64,000 nucleotides of DNA from Syntrophales bacterium. Its GTDB lineage: Bacteria > Desulfobacterota > Syntrophia > Syntrophales > PHBD01. How positions within the stretch are numbered: the first letter of the stretch is position 1; every line of letters starts with the position of its first letter. Shown one piece after another: positions 44,067 to 54,299 of the stretch. The notes below the pieces were generated by a model, which worked only from the letters and a program-made list of their open reading frames with translations, did not search any database and was not told the DNA's origin. The position numbers were made by a program, and so were the translations under genes. The DNA lies in the NCBI GenBank assembly GCA_963668175.1, contig OY764159.1, forward strand, positions 1,568,001-1,632,000. Reading direction: 5' to 3'.

Positions 44067-44516
44067 TCAGACCTTGATGTCGATCAGACCGCCCTTGCCC
44101 TCCTGGGGCGTTGTCGGTACGGCGTTTTTATCTTTCGCCCTTGTTACCGTCGTTGTCTCGCCCCCGGAGACATAAGATCGTCCTCACTCGGGACAGATGG
44201 CGGTATGGATGGTCACGGACTGAAAGACGACCTTGCGTCCATCTTCCGCGGCCTTGGCCTGTTCATGGGCTACATGCTGCTGCTCGTGGCCCATGACGGC
44301 CGCCGGCGCCGCTTCGGGAGAGACGTGCGTCGCGGACTGGAAAGATACGGTAGGATCATCGGACCGATCCTTGTATTTCCTGTTCTTTCAGGTTTCGCAC
44401 CGTTCGGATCTGGGCTTTAAGGCTTCCGCCTTCTCCTGCATCGTCACCTGGTCTGATGTGGGCGACGTGTAGGGATTATAGTCCTGTTGGTACGAATTCA
44501 CGGGAGAAATGGCCAT
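44067..44516 (-). CDS. Candidate double-selenocysteine protein (CxxU…HExxH…CxxU), 149 aa
   Basis: Manual translation from ATG 44516 (RBS AGGGGTGG). In-frame TGA at 44390-44388 (CETU43) and 44186-44184 (CPEU111), HEQQH at 77-81, stop at 44069-44067. Hairpins follow both internal UGAs. Absent from the ORF track. Confidence 0.8.
44154..44172 (-). promoter_or_regulatory. Candidate SECIS for the second UGA
   Basis: UGUCUC-CGGGGGC-GAGACA. The loop starts 17 nt after the UGA with G at position 2. Confidence 0.6.
44352..44371 (-). promoter_or_regulatory. Candidate SECIS for the first UGA
   Basis: AGGAUC-GGUCCGAU-GAUCCU. The loop starts 22 nt after the UGA with G first, and lower pairing AUAC/GUAU is possible. 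Confidence 0.6.
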
Positions 44517-44644
44517 AACCACCCCTAGTATATAAAAGGTGATAAAGTTTAACACAGAAAGAGCGGTTATGCAAACGAATACCGGTGATTCCGGCTATAG
44601 ACCGCCGCATGTGGCGGAATCCTGCAAAGAATTTCTCTTGGCGC

Positions 44645-44673
44645 TTGTCTTTGGGCGGGCCAATGGTTATATT
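44645..44673 (+). promoter_or_regulatory. Sigma70-like promoter
   Basis: TTGTCT-17 nt-TATATT upstream of the HAD gene. Confidence 0.55.
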
Positions 44674-44707
44674 TGGGAAAATGAATGAGGATATGGCTTG
44701 AAAAATA

Positions 44708-45352
44708 ATGGCTCACGTTGATCTCATGGTCTTTGATCTGGACGGTACGTTGATTACATCGGGAAATGACATCGCGGCCGCCGTGAATTACACCCTGGGG
44801 CGGCTTCGCCTTCCGGTCCTCTCGGTGGATAAAATTATGGGTTTTGTCGGCGACGGCGTTCGCGAACTTCTGGTCCGGTCGCTGGGGGAGGCCGCCGGGG
44901 ATCATTTAGGCCCGGCGATGACGCTGTTTTCGGCCTACTATACGGAGCACCTGCTCGACACGACCGACCTCTATCCCGGAATCCGGGACGTCCTGGAGCG
45001 TTTTTCCGGCAAGAAGAAGGCCGTCGTCACCAACAAGCGACACGATTTCGCCCAGAAGATCGTGGACAAACTGGGCATCGCCGGCTGTTTCGATGCCGTC
45101 ATCGGGGCCGAAAAGACTCCCTACCGGAAGCCCGACGCCCGGATCGTCACGCCGCTCCTTTCCGAATACCATGCGCGTCCCGGCCACACGGTCGTGATCG
45201 GCGACGGCCCGGCCGACATCCGGCTGGCCAAGGGCGTGGGGGCTTTAAGCTGCGCATACCTGAACGGACTCACGGCGCGGGAGACCCTGCTCGCGCTTCA
45301 GCCGGACTTTACCTACGAAGACTCGGCCGAACTCAAGTCCCTTTTCTATTGA
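44708..45352 (+). CDS. HAD-family hydrolase (phosphoglycolate phosphatase-like)
   Basis: FDLDGTL, VTNK, KPD and IGDG..D. Confidence 0.9.
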   Translation: MAHVDLMVFDLDGTLITSGNDIAAAVNYTLGRLRLPVLSVDKIMGFVGDGVRELLVRSLGEAAGDHLGPAMTLFSAYYTEHLLDTTDLYPGIRDVLERFSGKKKAVVTNKRHDFAQKIVDKLGIAGCFDAVIGAEKTPYRKPDARIVTPLLSEYHARPGHTVVIGDGPADIRLAKGVGALSCAYLNGLTARETLLALQPDFTYEDSAELKSLFY

Positions 45353-45416
45353 ACGACGCCCTCGCGGGGGCGCACCTGCAGGAACGGGGCGGCGGAAGGA
45401 CGCCGCCGGTAAGAGC

Positions 45417-46796
45417 ATGATCGAAAAAGTATCGTCGTACATGGCTGCGCACAGGATGCTGGCGCGGGGAGACACGGTCGTCGCCGCCGTTTCGGGCGGA
45501 CCCGATTCGGTCGCCCTCCTCCATATCCTTGCGGCTGCGGCCCCCGTTTATGATCTGCGCATCGTTGTGGCCCATCTCAACCACGGTCTTCGCGGTACGG
45601 AATCCGACGGAGACGAAGCGTTCGTCCGGGACCTCGCCGGGCGGCTTTCGCTTCCCTTCGAGTCGGCCTGCGCCGACATCCGCCGGATCAGGGAAGAGAA
45701 GGGCGGTTCCCTGGAAGAAGCGGCCCGGAACGAACGATACCGGTTCCTCGTGGACGTGGCGGAGGCGAGAAAGGCCCGGAGGGTCGCCCTCGGCCATCAC
45801 GCGGGCGACCAGGCCGAAACGGTGCTGATGAACCTTCTCCGCGGTGCGGGGCCGGACGGGCTGAAAGGCATGCTCCCCGTGCGGGACGGCCTCTTCATCC
45901 GGCCGCTCCTTGCCGTATCGAAAGACGAGATCGATGCCTTTCTTAAGAAAAACGGGTATGCCTTCCGGTCAGACAGTTCGAACGCAAGCGACGTGCATCT
46001 GCGTAACCGCCTCCGGCACAAGCTCCTGCCGGAGCTTGCGGCGTCATACAATCCCAATATGGAGGAGAACCTCACGCGCTTGGGCGATATCATGAGGCTG
46101 GAGGACGATTACCTCCAAATGGCGGTCCGGTCCGTCCTGGAAAGCTGGGCGGTTGCCGCGGGGAAAGAAGCGGCCTTCGACGGCCGGGACTTCCTGGCGC
46201 TCCATGAGGCCCTGCAAAGAAGGATCGTCAAGACGGTCCTGGAGGGATTGACCGGCCGGGGCGGCATCGTCTATACTCATATCCAGGCGGTCGTCGACCT
46301 GTGCCGCGGGACCGGGGCCTCTGCCGAATTGCACCTGCCGGGCGGCATCCGTGTAGGGCGGACCGGCGGAAAGGTGGTTTTCCGGCGCGGCGGCCGCAGG
46401 GAGCAGTCTGTGCCCGTCCGTCCGTATAACTACGAGCTTGCCGTGCCGGGAGAGCTGACCGTGGCGGAGACAGGCGAGACGGTCCGGGCGGAATTCGCCG
46501 GCCGGCCCGGCGAATGGCGGGAAGAAAACGGCGCCTATCTCGATTTCGACCGGGTGGTGCCGCCCCTGTCCGTCCGTACCTTCCGGCCGGGCGACCGCTT
46601 CCAGCCCCTGGGCATGGCGGGGACGCAGAAGCTGAAGAAGTTCTTCATCGACCACAAGATCGATCCGTCGCAAAGAAAGACCATGCCGCTTCTGGCGGAC
46701 CGGGAGTCGGTCATCTGGATTCCGGGCCGGAGGCTTTGCGACCGCGTCAAGGTCACGGCGGACACGCGGCGGGTCGTAAAAATAGAAATTATTTGA
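45417..46796 (+). CDS. tilS: tRNA(Ile)-lysidine synthetase
   Basis: SGGPDS PP-loop, HLNHGLR, GHHAGDQAET and RNRLRH. Adjacent to ftsH. Confidence 0.97.
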   Translation: MIEKVSSYMAAHRMLARGDTVVAAVSGGPDSVALLHILAAAAPVYDLRIVVAHLNHGLRGTESDGDEAFVRDLAGRLSLPFESACADIRRIREEKGGSLEEAARNERYRFLVDVAEARKARRVALGHHAGDQAETVLMNLLRGAGPDGLKGMLPVRDGLFIRPLLAVSKDEIDAFLKKNGYAFRSDSSNASDVHLRNRLRHKLLPELAASYNPNMEENLTRLGDIMRLEDDYLQMAVRSVLESWAVAAGKEAAFDGRDFLALHEALQRRIVKTVLEGLTGRGGIVYTHIQAVVDLCRGTGASAELHLPGGIRVGRTGGKVVFRRGGRREQSVPVRPYNYELAVPGELTVAETGETVRAEFAGRPGEWREENGAYLDFDRVVPPLSVRTFRPGDRFQPLGMAGTQKLKKFFIDHKIDPSQRKTMPLLADRESVIWIPGRRLCDRVKVTADTRRVVKIEII

Positions 46797-46913
46797 AATT
46801 AATAAGGGCTTATTGTAAGGAGTTAATATAAAGTGTGTTTGCACAAGACAGTGGTGTTGAATAACATTGAAATACAAGGGGTTACCCATTAGCCGATAAG
46901 GAGAATAACAAGC

Positions 46914-48785
46914 TTGAACCCATTACAGAAGAACATTGCTCTCTGGCTCGTGATCAGTCTGGTCTTCGTACTGGTTTACCATCTCTTCAACCAGCCGAAA
47001 AACAGCCAGGAGACGCTCATCTACAGCAAGTTCATCGCCAATGTGAACGACGGCAAGGTGGCCGAGGTCACCATCCAGGGGGACAACATCGCCGGTAAAT
47101 ACAAGGACGGTAAGACGTTCAAGACCTTCGCCCCCAAAGACGCCAACCTGATCGACATCCTCCAGAAGAAGGAAGTGCAGATCGCCGCCAAGCCGGTGGA
47201 GGAGTCGCCGTGGTACATGACGGTCCTCATCTCGTGGTTCCCCATGCTCCTTCTGATCGGCGTCTGGATCTTCTTCATGCGCCAGATGCAGACGGGCGGC
47301 GGCAAGGCCATGGCGTTCGGCAAGAGCCGGGCGAGGCTGGTGACGGACAAATCGAAGAAAGTGACCTTTGCCGACGTGGCCGGCATTGACGAGGCCAAGG
47401 CGGAGCTGGAAGAGGTCATCGACTTCCTGAAAGACCCCAAGAAATTCACCCGCCTGGGCGGCAGAATTCCCAAGGGCCTTCTCCTCGTCGGCCATCCGGG
47501 TACCGGTAAGACCTTGCTCGCCCGAGCCATTGCCGGGGAGGCGGACGTTCCGTTCCTCAGTATCAGCGGGTCCGACTTCGTCGAGATGTTCGTCGGCGTC
47601 GGGGCCTCCCGCGTCCGCGACCTCTTCGATCAGGGCAAGAAGAACGCTCCCTGCATCATTTTCATCGACGAGATCGACGCCGTGGGGCGGCACCGTGGCG
47701 CAGGCCTCGGCGGCGGCCACGACGAGCGCGAGCAGACGCTGAACCAGCTTCTCGTGGAGATGGACGGGTTCGAATCGAATGAGGGCGTGATCCTCGTCTC
47801 GGCGACGAACCGTCCGGATGTCCTTGACCCCGCACTGCTCAGGCCCGGCCGCTTCGACCGTCAGGTCGTCGTGCCCCTGCCCGACATCAAGGGGCGGGAG
47901 AAGATTATTCAGGTCCACGCGAAGAAGACGCCGCTCGAACCGGACGTCGATTTTGCCGTCATCGCCCGCGGCACGCCCGGATTTTCCGGGGCCGATATCG
48001 AGAACCTCGTGAACGAGGCGACACTGTACGCCGCCCGGTTCAACAAGGACAAGGTCAGCATGTCCGACTTCGAATACGCCAAGGACAAGGTCATGATGGG
48101 GACGGAGCGCAAATCCATGGTCATCAGCGACGAGGAGAAGCGGATCACCGCCTACCATGAGTCCGGCCACGCCCTCGTGGCGAAGCTCCTGCCGGGCACG
48201 GACCCGATCCACAAGGTGACGATCATTCCCCGCGGCCGGGCGCTCGGTTTGACACAGCAGCTGCCCATCGACGAGAAACACACGTATCCCAGGGAATACC
48301 TCCTGAACAGCATCGCGATCCTCCTCGGAGGGCGCGCCGCGGAAGAGATCATCCTCAAGGACTTCACAACCGGTGCGGGCAACGATATCGAACGCGCGAC
48401 GAACCTGGCCCGCAAGATGGTCTGCGAGTGGGGCATGAGCGACGACATGGGACCCTTGAGCTACGGCAAGAAGGAAGAGCAGATTTTCCTCGGCCGCGAG
48501 TTTGCCACCCACAAGGACTACAGCGAGGATACAGCGCAGCGGATCGACAAGGAGATCAACCGCATCGTACTGGAAAGCTACGACAAGACCAAGAAGCTCT
48601 TGTCCGACCATATGGATCACCTCAATAAAATGGCTTTGGAACTCCTCGAAAAAGAGGTGCTCAATTCCTCCGAGATTGACGCAATCCTGGGAATCAAGCC
48701 CCCCGAGGGAGAGGTTAAGCCCCCGGAAGGAGCGGTCGAACCTTCCGAAGGCACAGAGGACAAACCCTCTGAAACCTTGCACTGA
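46914..48785 (+). CDS. ftsH: ATP-dependent zinc metalloprotease FtsH (TTG start)
   Basis: Two TMs, [27 protein letters not shown] and HESGH. Confidence 0.98.
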   Translation: MNPLQKNIALWLVISLVFVLVYHLFNQPKNSQETLIYSKFIANVNDGKVAEVTIQGDNIAGKYKDGKTFKTFAPKDANLIDILQKKEVQIAAKPVEESPWYMTVLISWFPMLLLIGVWIFFMRQMQTGGGKAMAFGKSRARLVTDKSKKVTFADVAGIDEAKAELEEVIDFLKDPKKFTRLGGRIPKGLLLVGHPGTGKTLLARAIAGEADVPFLSISGSDFVEMFVGVGASRVRDLFDQGKKNAPCIIFIDEIDAVGRHRGAGLGGGHDEREQTLNQLLVEMDGFESNEGVILVSATNRPDVLDPALLRPGRFDRQVVVPLPDIKGREKIIQVHAKKTPLEPDVDFAVIARGTPGFSGADIENLVNEATLYAARFNKDKVSMSDFEYAKDKVMMGTERKSMVISDEEKRITAYHESGHALVAKLLPGTDPIHKVTIIPRGRALGLTQQLPIDEKHTYPREYLLNSIAILLGGRAAEEIILKDFTTGAGNDIERATNLARKMVCEWGMSDDMGPLSYGKKEEQIFLGREFATHKDYSEDTAQRIDKEINRIVLESYDKTKKLLSDHMDHLNKMALELLEKEVLNSSEIDAILGIKPPEGEVKPPEGAVEPSEGTEDKPSETLH

Positions 48786-48835
48786 GGCCGTCTGAATCGG
48801 GCTGAACCCGACCGGTTTTCACCGTCTATCCGCGC

Positions 48836-50062
48836 ATGAAGAAAGAAGATGCCAAAAACTGTTCCCTGCGGTGCCTGGACCTGACGTCGCCGGCGGAGGC
48901 CCTGGATGCCCTGAAGAGGGTAGGGGTCGATCCATACGGCATCGAGGCGATGCTTCCCAAGATGTCGGGACTGAACCTGCTTCTGACCGGCGTGCCCTGC
49001 AAGGTGGCCAACATCATCAAGCAGGAGATGCTTGCCGTCGGGGGCGACGCGGCGGTCTGCCGGGGGTCGGTGGCATGCAGCGTTCCGGAGACGGACGTCA
49101 TCCTGATCGGAACGGAAAAGCAGATCGGCCGCTTCGCGGCGAAGCTCGCCGCCCAGCCATTCGGCCTGAAAGAACTGGCGGAGGCCGTTACGGCCCTGAT
49201 CGCAAACCGGGGCCGGGAACTGCATCTTTTAAAAACGGCGCAGCGGGACATTATCCTCGGCGAACGGCCCCTCATCATGGGGATTTTGAACGTGACGCCC
49301 GACTCCTTCTCCGACGGGGGGAAATACATGGCTGAAGATGCCGCCGTCGAGCGGGGAATCCGCATGGTCGAGGAAGGAGCGGACATCGTCGATATCGGCG
49401 GCGAATCGACGCGGCCCGGGGCTTCGCCCGTTTCCGTCAAGGAAGAAAGGGCCAGGATCGTGCCCGTAATCAGGAGGCTTGCCGCAGAGATCGGGGCGCC
49501 GATTTCGGTCGACACGACAAAAGCGGCCGTTGCGGCGGAGGCCCTGGAAGCCGGGGCGGAGATCGTCAACGACATAAGCGCCCTGCGGTTCGACCGGCGG
49601 ATAAGCAAGATCATTGCAGACGCCGAGGCGGCCGTCGTCCTCATGCACATGCGGGGTACGCCCGCCGACATGCAGAAAGGGAAGATCGCCTATACGTCCG
49701 TCGTCGGCGACATTGTGGCGTTCCTCCGGGAGCGGATCGCGTTTGCGGCCGGACATGGGATCGATGCGGGGCATATGATGGTCGATCCGGGGATAGGATT
49801 CGGCAAGACGCCGGCCGACAACCTGAAGCTTTTAAAACACCTGCCCGAATTCCGGGTTCTGGGGTTGCCCGTCGTGACGGGCATTTCCCGGAAGGCCTTC
49901 ATCGGCAGGATAACGGGCGAAGAGGAGGCGGCGGACAGGGACGCCGGCACGGCCGCCGCTGTTGCGGCCTCGGTGCTTTACGGAAGCCATGTCGTCCGCG
50001 TGCACAATGTGGCGATGATGCGGAAGGTGGTCGACGTGGCCCAGGCGATTTTAAAGGCTTGA
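48836..50062 (+). CDS. folP: Dihydropteroate synthase with an N-terminal extra domain
   Basis: MGILNVTPDSFSDGG, GGESTRPG, DPGIGFGK, SRK and RVHNV. Confidence 0.95.
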   Translation: MKKEDAKNCSLRCLDLTSPAEALDALKRVGVDPYGIEAMLPKMSGLNLLLTGVPCKVANIIKQEMLAVGGDAAVCRGSVACSVPETDVILIGTEKQIGRFAAKLAAQPFGLKELAEAVTALIANRGRELHLLKTAQRDIILGERPLIMGILNVTPDSFSDGGKYMAEDAAVERGIRMVEEGADIVDIGGESTRPGASPVSVKEERARIVPVIRRLAAEIGAPISVDTTKAAVAAEALEAGAEIVNDISALRFDRRISKIIADAEAAVVLMHMRGTPADMQKGKIAYTSVVGDIVAFLRERIAFAAGHGIDAGHMMVDPGIGFGKTPADNLKLLKHLPEFRVLGLPVVTGISRKAFIGRITGEEEAADRDAGTAAAVAASVLYGSHVVRVHNVAMMRKVVDVAQAILKA

Positions 50063-50063
50063 G

Positions 50064-50459
50064 ATGATCGCGGGTATCGGTACCGATCTGGTCGATGTCG
50101 AACGGATAGGGAAATTGCTGGAACGGTTCGGAGACCGTTTTACCGGGCGGGTCTTCACGGCTTACGAATGCGCCTATTGCGGCAGGAAGGCCTTTCCGGC
50201 CATCCACTACGCCGCCCGGTTCGCCGCAAAGGAGTCGTTCCTGAAGGCGCTGGGCATCGGTCTCGGCATGGGGGTCAACCTTGCGGACATCGAGGTCCGG
50301 AACAACGCCGAAGGGCGGCCATCCCTGACGATTTACGGGCGGGGCGGCGAGATGCTTAAGGAAAGAGGCGTTGCGGCGGTGCACCTGACGCTCACGCATA
50401 CGAGGAGCCAGGCCGCGGCGACGGTCGTCCTGGAGAAGGGCGCTTCCGTCGGCGCTTGA
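50064..50459 (+). CDS. acpS: Holo-ACP synthase
   Basis: GIGTDLV, RFAAKES and G.P.L…LTH. Confidence 0.95.
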   Translation: MIAGIGTDLVDVERIGKLLERFGDRFTGRVFTAYECAYCGRKAFPAIHYAARFAAKESFLKALGIGLGMGVNLADIEVRNNAEGRPSLTIYGRGGEMLKERGVAAVHLTLTHTRSQAAATVVLEKGASVGA

Positions 50460-50464
50460 GGAAC

Positions 50465-50962
50465 ATGGGAGCAATCGTGAAGGAAAAAGGTTCATACGAA
50501 ATGCTGTCGCAGGGGCCCGAGGCGACGTTCCGCCTGGGCGAGATTTTGGGGAAAAACCTCGCGGCGGGCGACATCGTGGCGCTGATCGGCGACCTGGGAT
50601 CGGGCAAGACCTGCCTCACCCAGGGGATAGCGCGGGGACTCGGTGTCTCCGAGCGGTATCAGGTCACCTCTCCGACCTTTACGCTGGTGAACGAATATCC
50701 CGGCCGGCTTACCCTCTATCACGTGGACGTCTACCGCCTGGCGGGATCGGCGGACCTGGAAGACATGGGGTGCGAGGAATTCCTGTACGGCCGCGGCGTG
50801 GCCGTCATCGAGTGGGCGGAAAAGGTCAGGGGCCTGCTTCCCGAGGAGGCCTGCATCGTCACCATGACCTACCTCGACGAATGCCAAAGGAAGATTGAAA
50901 TAACGGGCGGCCGGGAAAAGATGGACCGCCTGGTCAAAGTCATAAAAGACGGAGGATTGTAA
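50465..50962 (+). CDS. tsaE: tRNA threonylcarbamoyladenosine biosynthesis ATPase
   Basis: [23 protein letters not shown] and IEW. Confidence 0.95.
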   Translation: MGAIVKEKGSYEMLSQGPEATFRLGEILGKNLAAGDIVALIGDLGSGKTCLTQGIARGLGVSERYQVTSPTFTLVNEYPGRLTLYHVDVYRLAGSADLEDMGCEEFLYGRGVAVIEWAEKVRGLLPEEACIVTMTYLDECQRKIEITGGREKMDRLVKVIKDGGL

Positions 50963-50964
50963 AG

Positions 50965-52185
50965 ATGGGACTTGTTGTTCAGAAATACGGAGGCACATCC
51001 GTTGCCGATCTGGATAAGATCGAGAATGTGGCCCGCAAAGTCATCAGAACCAAGGAACAGGGCAACGACGTGGTCGTCGTTCTCTCGGCGATGGCCGGAG
51101 AGACGGACCGCCTCATCAATCTGGCCCAAAAAGCCTCGGCGGACCCCCCGGGAAGGGAGTACGATTCCCTTATTTCGACGGGAGAGCAGATTACGGTGAC
51201 GCTGCTCGCCATGGTCCTGAACCGGCTGGGCTACCGGTCCAAGTCGTACCTGGGCCACCAGATAAGGATCGTGACGGATAAGGCCTATACGAAGGCGAGA
51301 ATCGTCAACATTGAGGACAAGAAGATCAAGGCCGACCTGAAGCAGGGCTATGTCATCGTTGTGGCTGGATTTCAGGGCGTAGACGAGGAAAACAACATCA
51401 CGACCCTGGGAAGGGGCGGCTCCGACACGAGCGCCGTGGCCCTGGCGGCGGCTTTGAAGGCGGATGTCTGCGATATCTATACGGATGTGGACGGCGTCTA
51501 TACGACGGACCCGAACATCTGCGACAAGGCGCGGCGTCTCGACAAGATTACTTACGACGAGATGCTGGAGATGGCCCGGGCGGGCGCGAAAGTGCTGCAG
51601 CCCCGCTCCGTCGAACTGGCAAAGAAATTTGAAGTTCCGGTCTATGTGAAATCGTCGTTTTCGGATGAAGGAGGGACCCTGGTGACGAAGGAGGATAAGG
51701 ATATGGAGAAGGAAGTAGTGGCGGGCGTAACGTACGACCGCGATCAGGCAAAAATTACGGTGGTCCGGGTGCCCGACCGGCCCGGGGTCGCCTCCCGGTT
51801 GTTTTCGCCCCTGGCGGACAAGAACATCGTTGTGGACATGATCATCCAGAACGCGAGCATCGACAATTTCACCGACCTGACCTTTACGGTCTCCAAGAAG
51901 GACCTGAAGGCCGCCAAGCAGATCGTCGAAGACGCCGCCCGCGATATCGGCGCGAAACAGGTGGAAGTGGACGACCACGTCGCCAAGGTGTCCATCATCG
52001 GCGTGGGCATGATCAGCCATGCCGGCGTGGCGGCCAAGATGTTCGATACGCTCTCCAGGGAAGGCATCAATATCGAGATGATCAGCACCTCCGAGATCAA
52101 GGTGTCCTGTGTCGTTAAAGCCAAATACACGGAACTGGCCGTCATGGCCCTTCACGACGCTTTCGGCCTGGAGCGCGAGGCCTGA
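50965..52185 (+). CDS. lysC: Aspartate kinase
   Basis: [26 protein letters not shown] and two ACT domains. Confidence 0.97.
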   Translation: MGLVVQKYGGTSVADLDKIENVARKVIRTKEQGNDVVVVLSAMAGETDRLINLAQKASADPPGREYDSLISTGEQITVTLLAMVLNRLGYRSKSYLGHQIRIVTDKAYTKARIVNIEDKKIKADLKQGYVIVVAGFQGVDEENNITTLGRGGSDTSAVALAAALKADVCDIYTDVDGVYTTDPNICDKARRLDKITYDEMLEMARAGAKVLQPRSVELAKKFEVPVYVKSSFSDEGGTLVTKEDKDMEKEVVAGVTYDRDQAKITVVRVPDRPGVASRLFSPLADKNIVVDMIIQNASIDNFTDLTFTVSKKDLKAAKQIVEDAARDIGAKQVEVDDHVAKVSIIGVGMISHAGVAAKMFDTLSREGINIEMISTSEIKVSCVVKAKYTELAVMALHDAFGLEREA

Positions 52186-52795
52186 AAATCCTCTCCGGCT
52201 GACTGACGGCCAATATATCGGGGCGGCAGCCGTCGTCCTTGCGACGGCCTGCCTTGTGGCTGCGTTTCCGCTCTGGGAGCGGGGATTCGGGCCGCGGACG
52301 GAGAAAGTCCGGGCCGCCGTCGTCTCTTCCGGGCCGGTGGTGGTGGAATTGAACGACGGCCGGGAGAGGGGAGGCATCTTCCAACTGCCCGCGGGCGCCG
52401 TCCTGGAAGACGCGCTGAAGGCGGCAGGGGTGCCGGACCGGTATGCATTCCCTCCGGCAGAACTGAACGCACCCCTGGCCTCCGGCATGTCCATTACAAT
52501 CCGGCGAGCGGCCGGCGGCAAGCCGGAAGCCGCCGTCGGCACCATGACGGCGGCGACGAGGCTGGCCCTCGATCTCCCCATCGACGTCAATACGGCGTCG
52601 GTCTCCGACCTCATGCTCATCCCCGGAATCGGCCCCAAAACGGCGGAGAAGATCGTTGTTTTGAGGCGGGAGAGGACGCGCTTCCGCAGCCTGGACGAAC
52701 TTGCGTCCGTCAAGGGAATAAAAGATAAGAGGCTGGAACGTTTCAGAAAATATCTCTACGTGGACGCTGCAGAGGCGGCTGGTCGGAGACGTTGA
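52109..52795 (+). CDS. comEA: ComEA-like helix-hairpin-helix DNA-binding protein (start uncertain)
   Basis: TM, SLBB-like region, IDVNTA…LIPGIGP…VKGI HhH. No ATG/GTG between the lysC stop and the TM segment. Confidence 0.75.
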   Translation: MSLKPNTRNWPSWPFTTLSAWSARPENPLRLTDGQYIGAAAVVLATACLVAAFPLWERGFGPRTEKVRAAVVSSGPVVVELNDGRERGGIFQLPAGAVLEDALKAAGVPDRYAFPPAELNAPLASGMSITIRRAAGGKPEAAVGTMTAATRLALDLPIDVNTASVSDLMLIPGIGPKTAEKIVVLRRERTRFRSLDELASVKGIKDKRLERFRKYLYVDAAEAAGRRR

Positions 52796-52815
52796 TTGAA
52801 AGGGAAGGGCGGACT

Positions 52816-53403
52816 TCAGCGGAACATGTTGATGTAGCTCTGGACGCGCTGGACGTAATTCTGCGTTTCCCGGTAGGGCGGGATACCCCCGTGGCGTGTC
52901 ACGGCCTTTTCGCCGGCGTTGTAGGCGGCCAGGGCCAGGGCCAGGTTGCCGTTGAACCTCTGGAGGAGGTAGCGCAGGTAGCGGACGCCGCCTTCGATGT
53001 TCTTTTCCGGGTGGAACGAATCCTCGACCTGTAGCTGGGCGGCCGTGGAAGGCATGAGCTGCATGAGCCCCCGCGCCCCCTTGGGCGAGACGGCCTGATG
53101 GTTGAAGTTCGACTCGGCCTTGATGACGGCCTTGATGAGGGCCTTATCCATCTTGTATTTCTGTGCCGCCTGGCTGATCAGGCTGTCGTACTTGGTGATG
53201 TCGATGAATATCCGCCGGTCGAAGAGAACCCTTTTTTCCTTAAGAATCAGGCGGTATTTGACGTTGCTTTCGATGGGAACGTTCGTCAGGTGGACGACGC
53301 CCTCACTGTCCTCGTAGGTGTAAAAATCGGCGTAGGCGACAGGTGCGTAAAAGACGGCCAGGGCGGCCAAAGTGCTCAGCAATAATGTTCTCACCAACAG
53401 CAT
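52816..53403 (-). CDS. Lytic transglycosylase (SLT domain) with an N-terminal DUF4124-like segment
   Basis: AESNF…SPKGARGLMQLMP, AAYNAG and IPPYRET. Confidence 0.92.
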   Translation of the reverse strand: MLLVRTLLLSTLAALAVFYAPVAYADFYTYEDSEGVVHLTNVPIESNVKYRLILKEKRVLFDRRIFIDITKYDSLISQAAQKYKMDKALIKAVIKAESNFNHQAVSPKGARGLMQLMPSTAAQLQVEDSFHPEKNIEGGVRYLRYLLQRFNGNLALALAAYNAGEKAVTRHGGIPPYRETQNYVQRVQSYINMFR

Positions 53404-53743
53404 GACGCTATCCTTTTTTCGGACCGGAAATTGCAGTATACATAAGGGTGGTATTCGTTTCAAGCTTTATTTATATTTCCCCTCATTTTCGTGCGTCGAT
53501 TAGATAAATATCCCGTCGCATTCGGTTTTTCAGTGACGCAGGACACATTTCCGCGGGCCGGAGGGCGATCGCCCCATTTTAAGGCGGATGCCGGCGAGGG
53601 GACGGGGTGGGGACCTTCAGGGCAGATGGTCCTTGTTTTTTTTCGGACCATCATATAAACTAATCGACAACTTCCACTTCAAAGCGCTTGACACCGCCAT
53701 TTTATGGTGATAGTAAGCGCAGGTTCTTTCATACGGCAACAGT

Positions 53744-53822
<79 letters not shown>

Positions 53823-53979
53823 TAGACATCGGGTCGTAAAGACGATGGAAGGGGGTGCCGACAACATTGGTACCCCCTTTTCAGTTTGGCCGCGGTCGAA
53901 ATACGTTGCAGCGGTCCTGGCGGCCTTTGCTCCGCTGCCGTTGCGAGCCCCGGGCCGCCGGGAGGGCGGAGGGCCTATT

Positions 53980-54108
53980 TATCAGTTTGTTGAAATATTT
54001 GGTTATGAACCCCCTATGCAGGGGGCGCAGCGGCGCATCGTCACCTGAAGGTGATAAACCCCCTGAAGGGGGCAACGCGACGGATGGACGTTTTTCAACA
54101 GCCTGTTA
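53980..54108. mobile_element. MITE-like non-autonomous element
   Basis: Imperfect terminal inverted repeats CAGTTTGTTGAAATA / TTTTTCAACAGCCTG, TA at both outer ends, several internal hairpins, no credible coding content. Confidence 0.6.
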
Positions 54109-54163
54109 TTGGCGTTGACAATTGTTGTGGTAATGAATATATATGAAATACCGGTGACTAGAC

Positions 54164-54250
54164 GCGAGAGTGGCGGAATTGGCAGACGCACTGGACTTAG
54201 GATCCAGCCCGCCTTTGCGGTTAGGGGTTCAACTCCCCTCTCTCGCACCA
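54164..54250 (+). tRNA. tRNA-Leu (TAG)
   Basis: GCGAGAG acceptor, CTGGA-CT-TAG-GA-TCCAG, long variable arm, CCA end. TTGACA-17-TATATA promoter at 54115-54143. Confidence 0.95.
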
Positions 54251-54299
54251 GTTTTCCGCAGGCAAGGTCGAAAGACCAATAAATTCAGGAGTGCATGCC

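Noticed and set aside
44111..44472. Three short + strand ORFs offered by the ORF track in this gap
   Set aside because: They have no motifs, and the minus-strand UGA-containing frame explains the region much better.
44568..44586. Sigma54 promoter upstream of the double-Sec gene (GGTATTCGTTTGCA)
   Set aside because: GG-to-GC spacing is 9 nt, not the required 10.
46923..48782. 619-aa minus-strand ORF opposite ftsH, and similar long antisense ORFs opposite tig, the kinases and hydE
   Set aside because: This is the expected shadow of GC-rich codon usage. They show no motifs and fully overlap well-supported genes.
52109..52260. comEA as a pseudogene because no ATG follows lysC
   Set aside because: The frame is intact through the TM and HhH domains. 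An overlapping GTG (52109) or a CTG (52199) start is possible.
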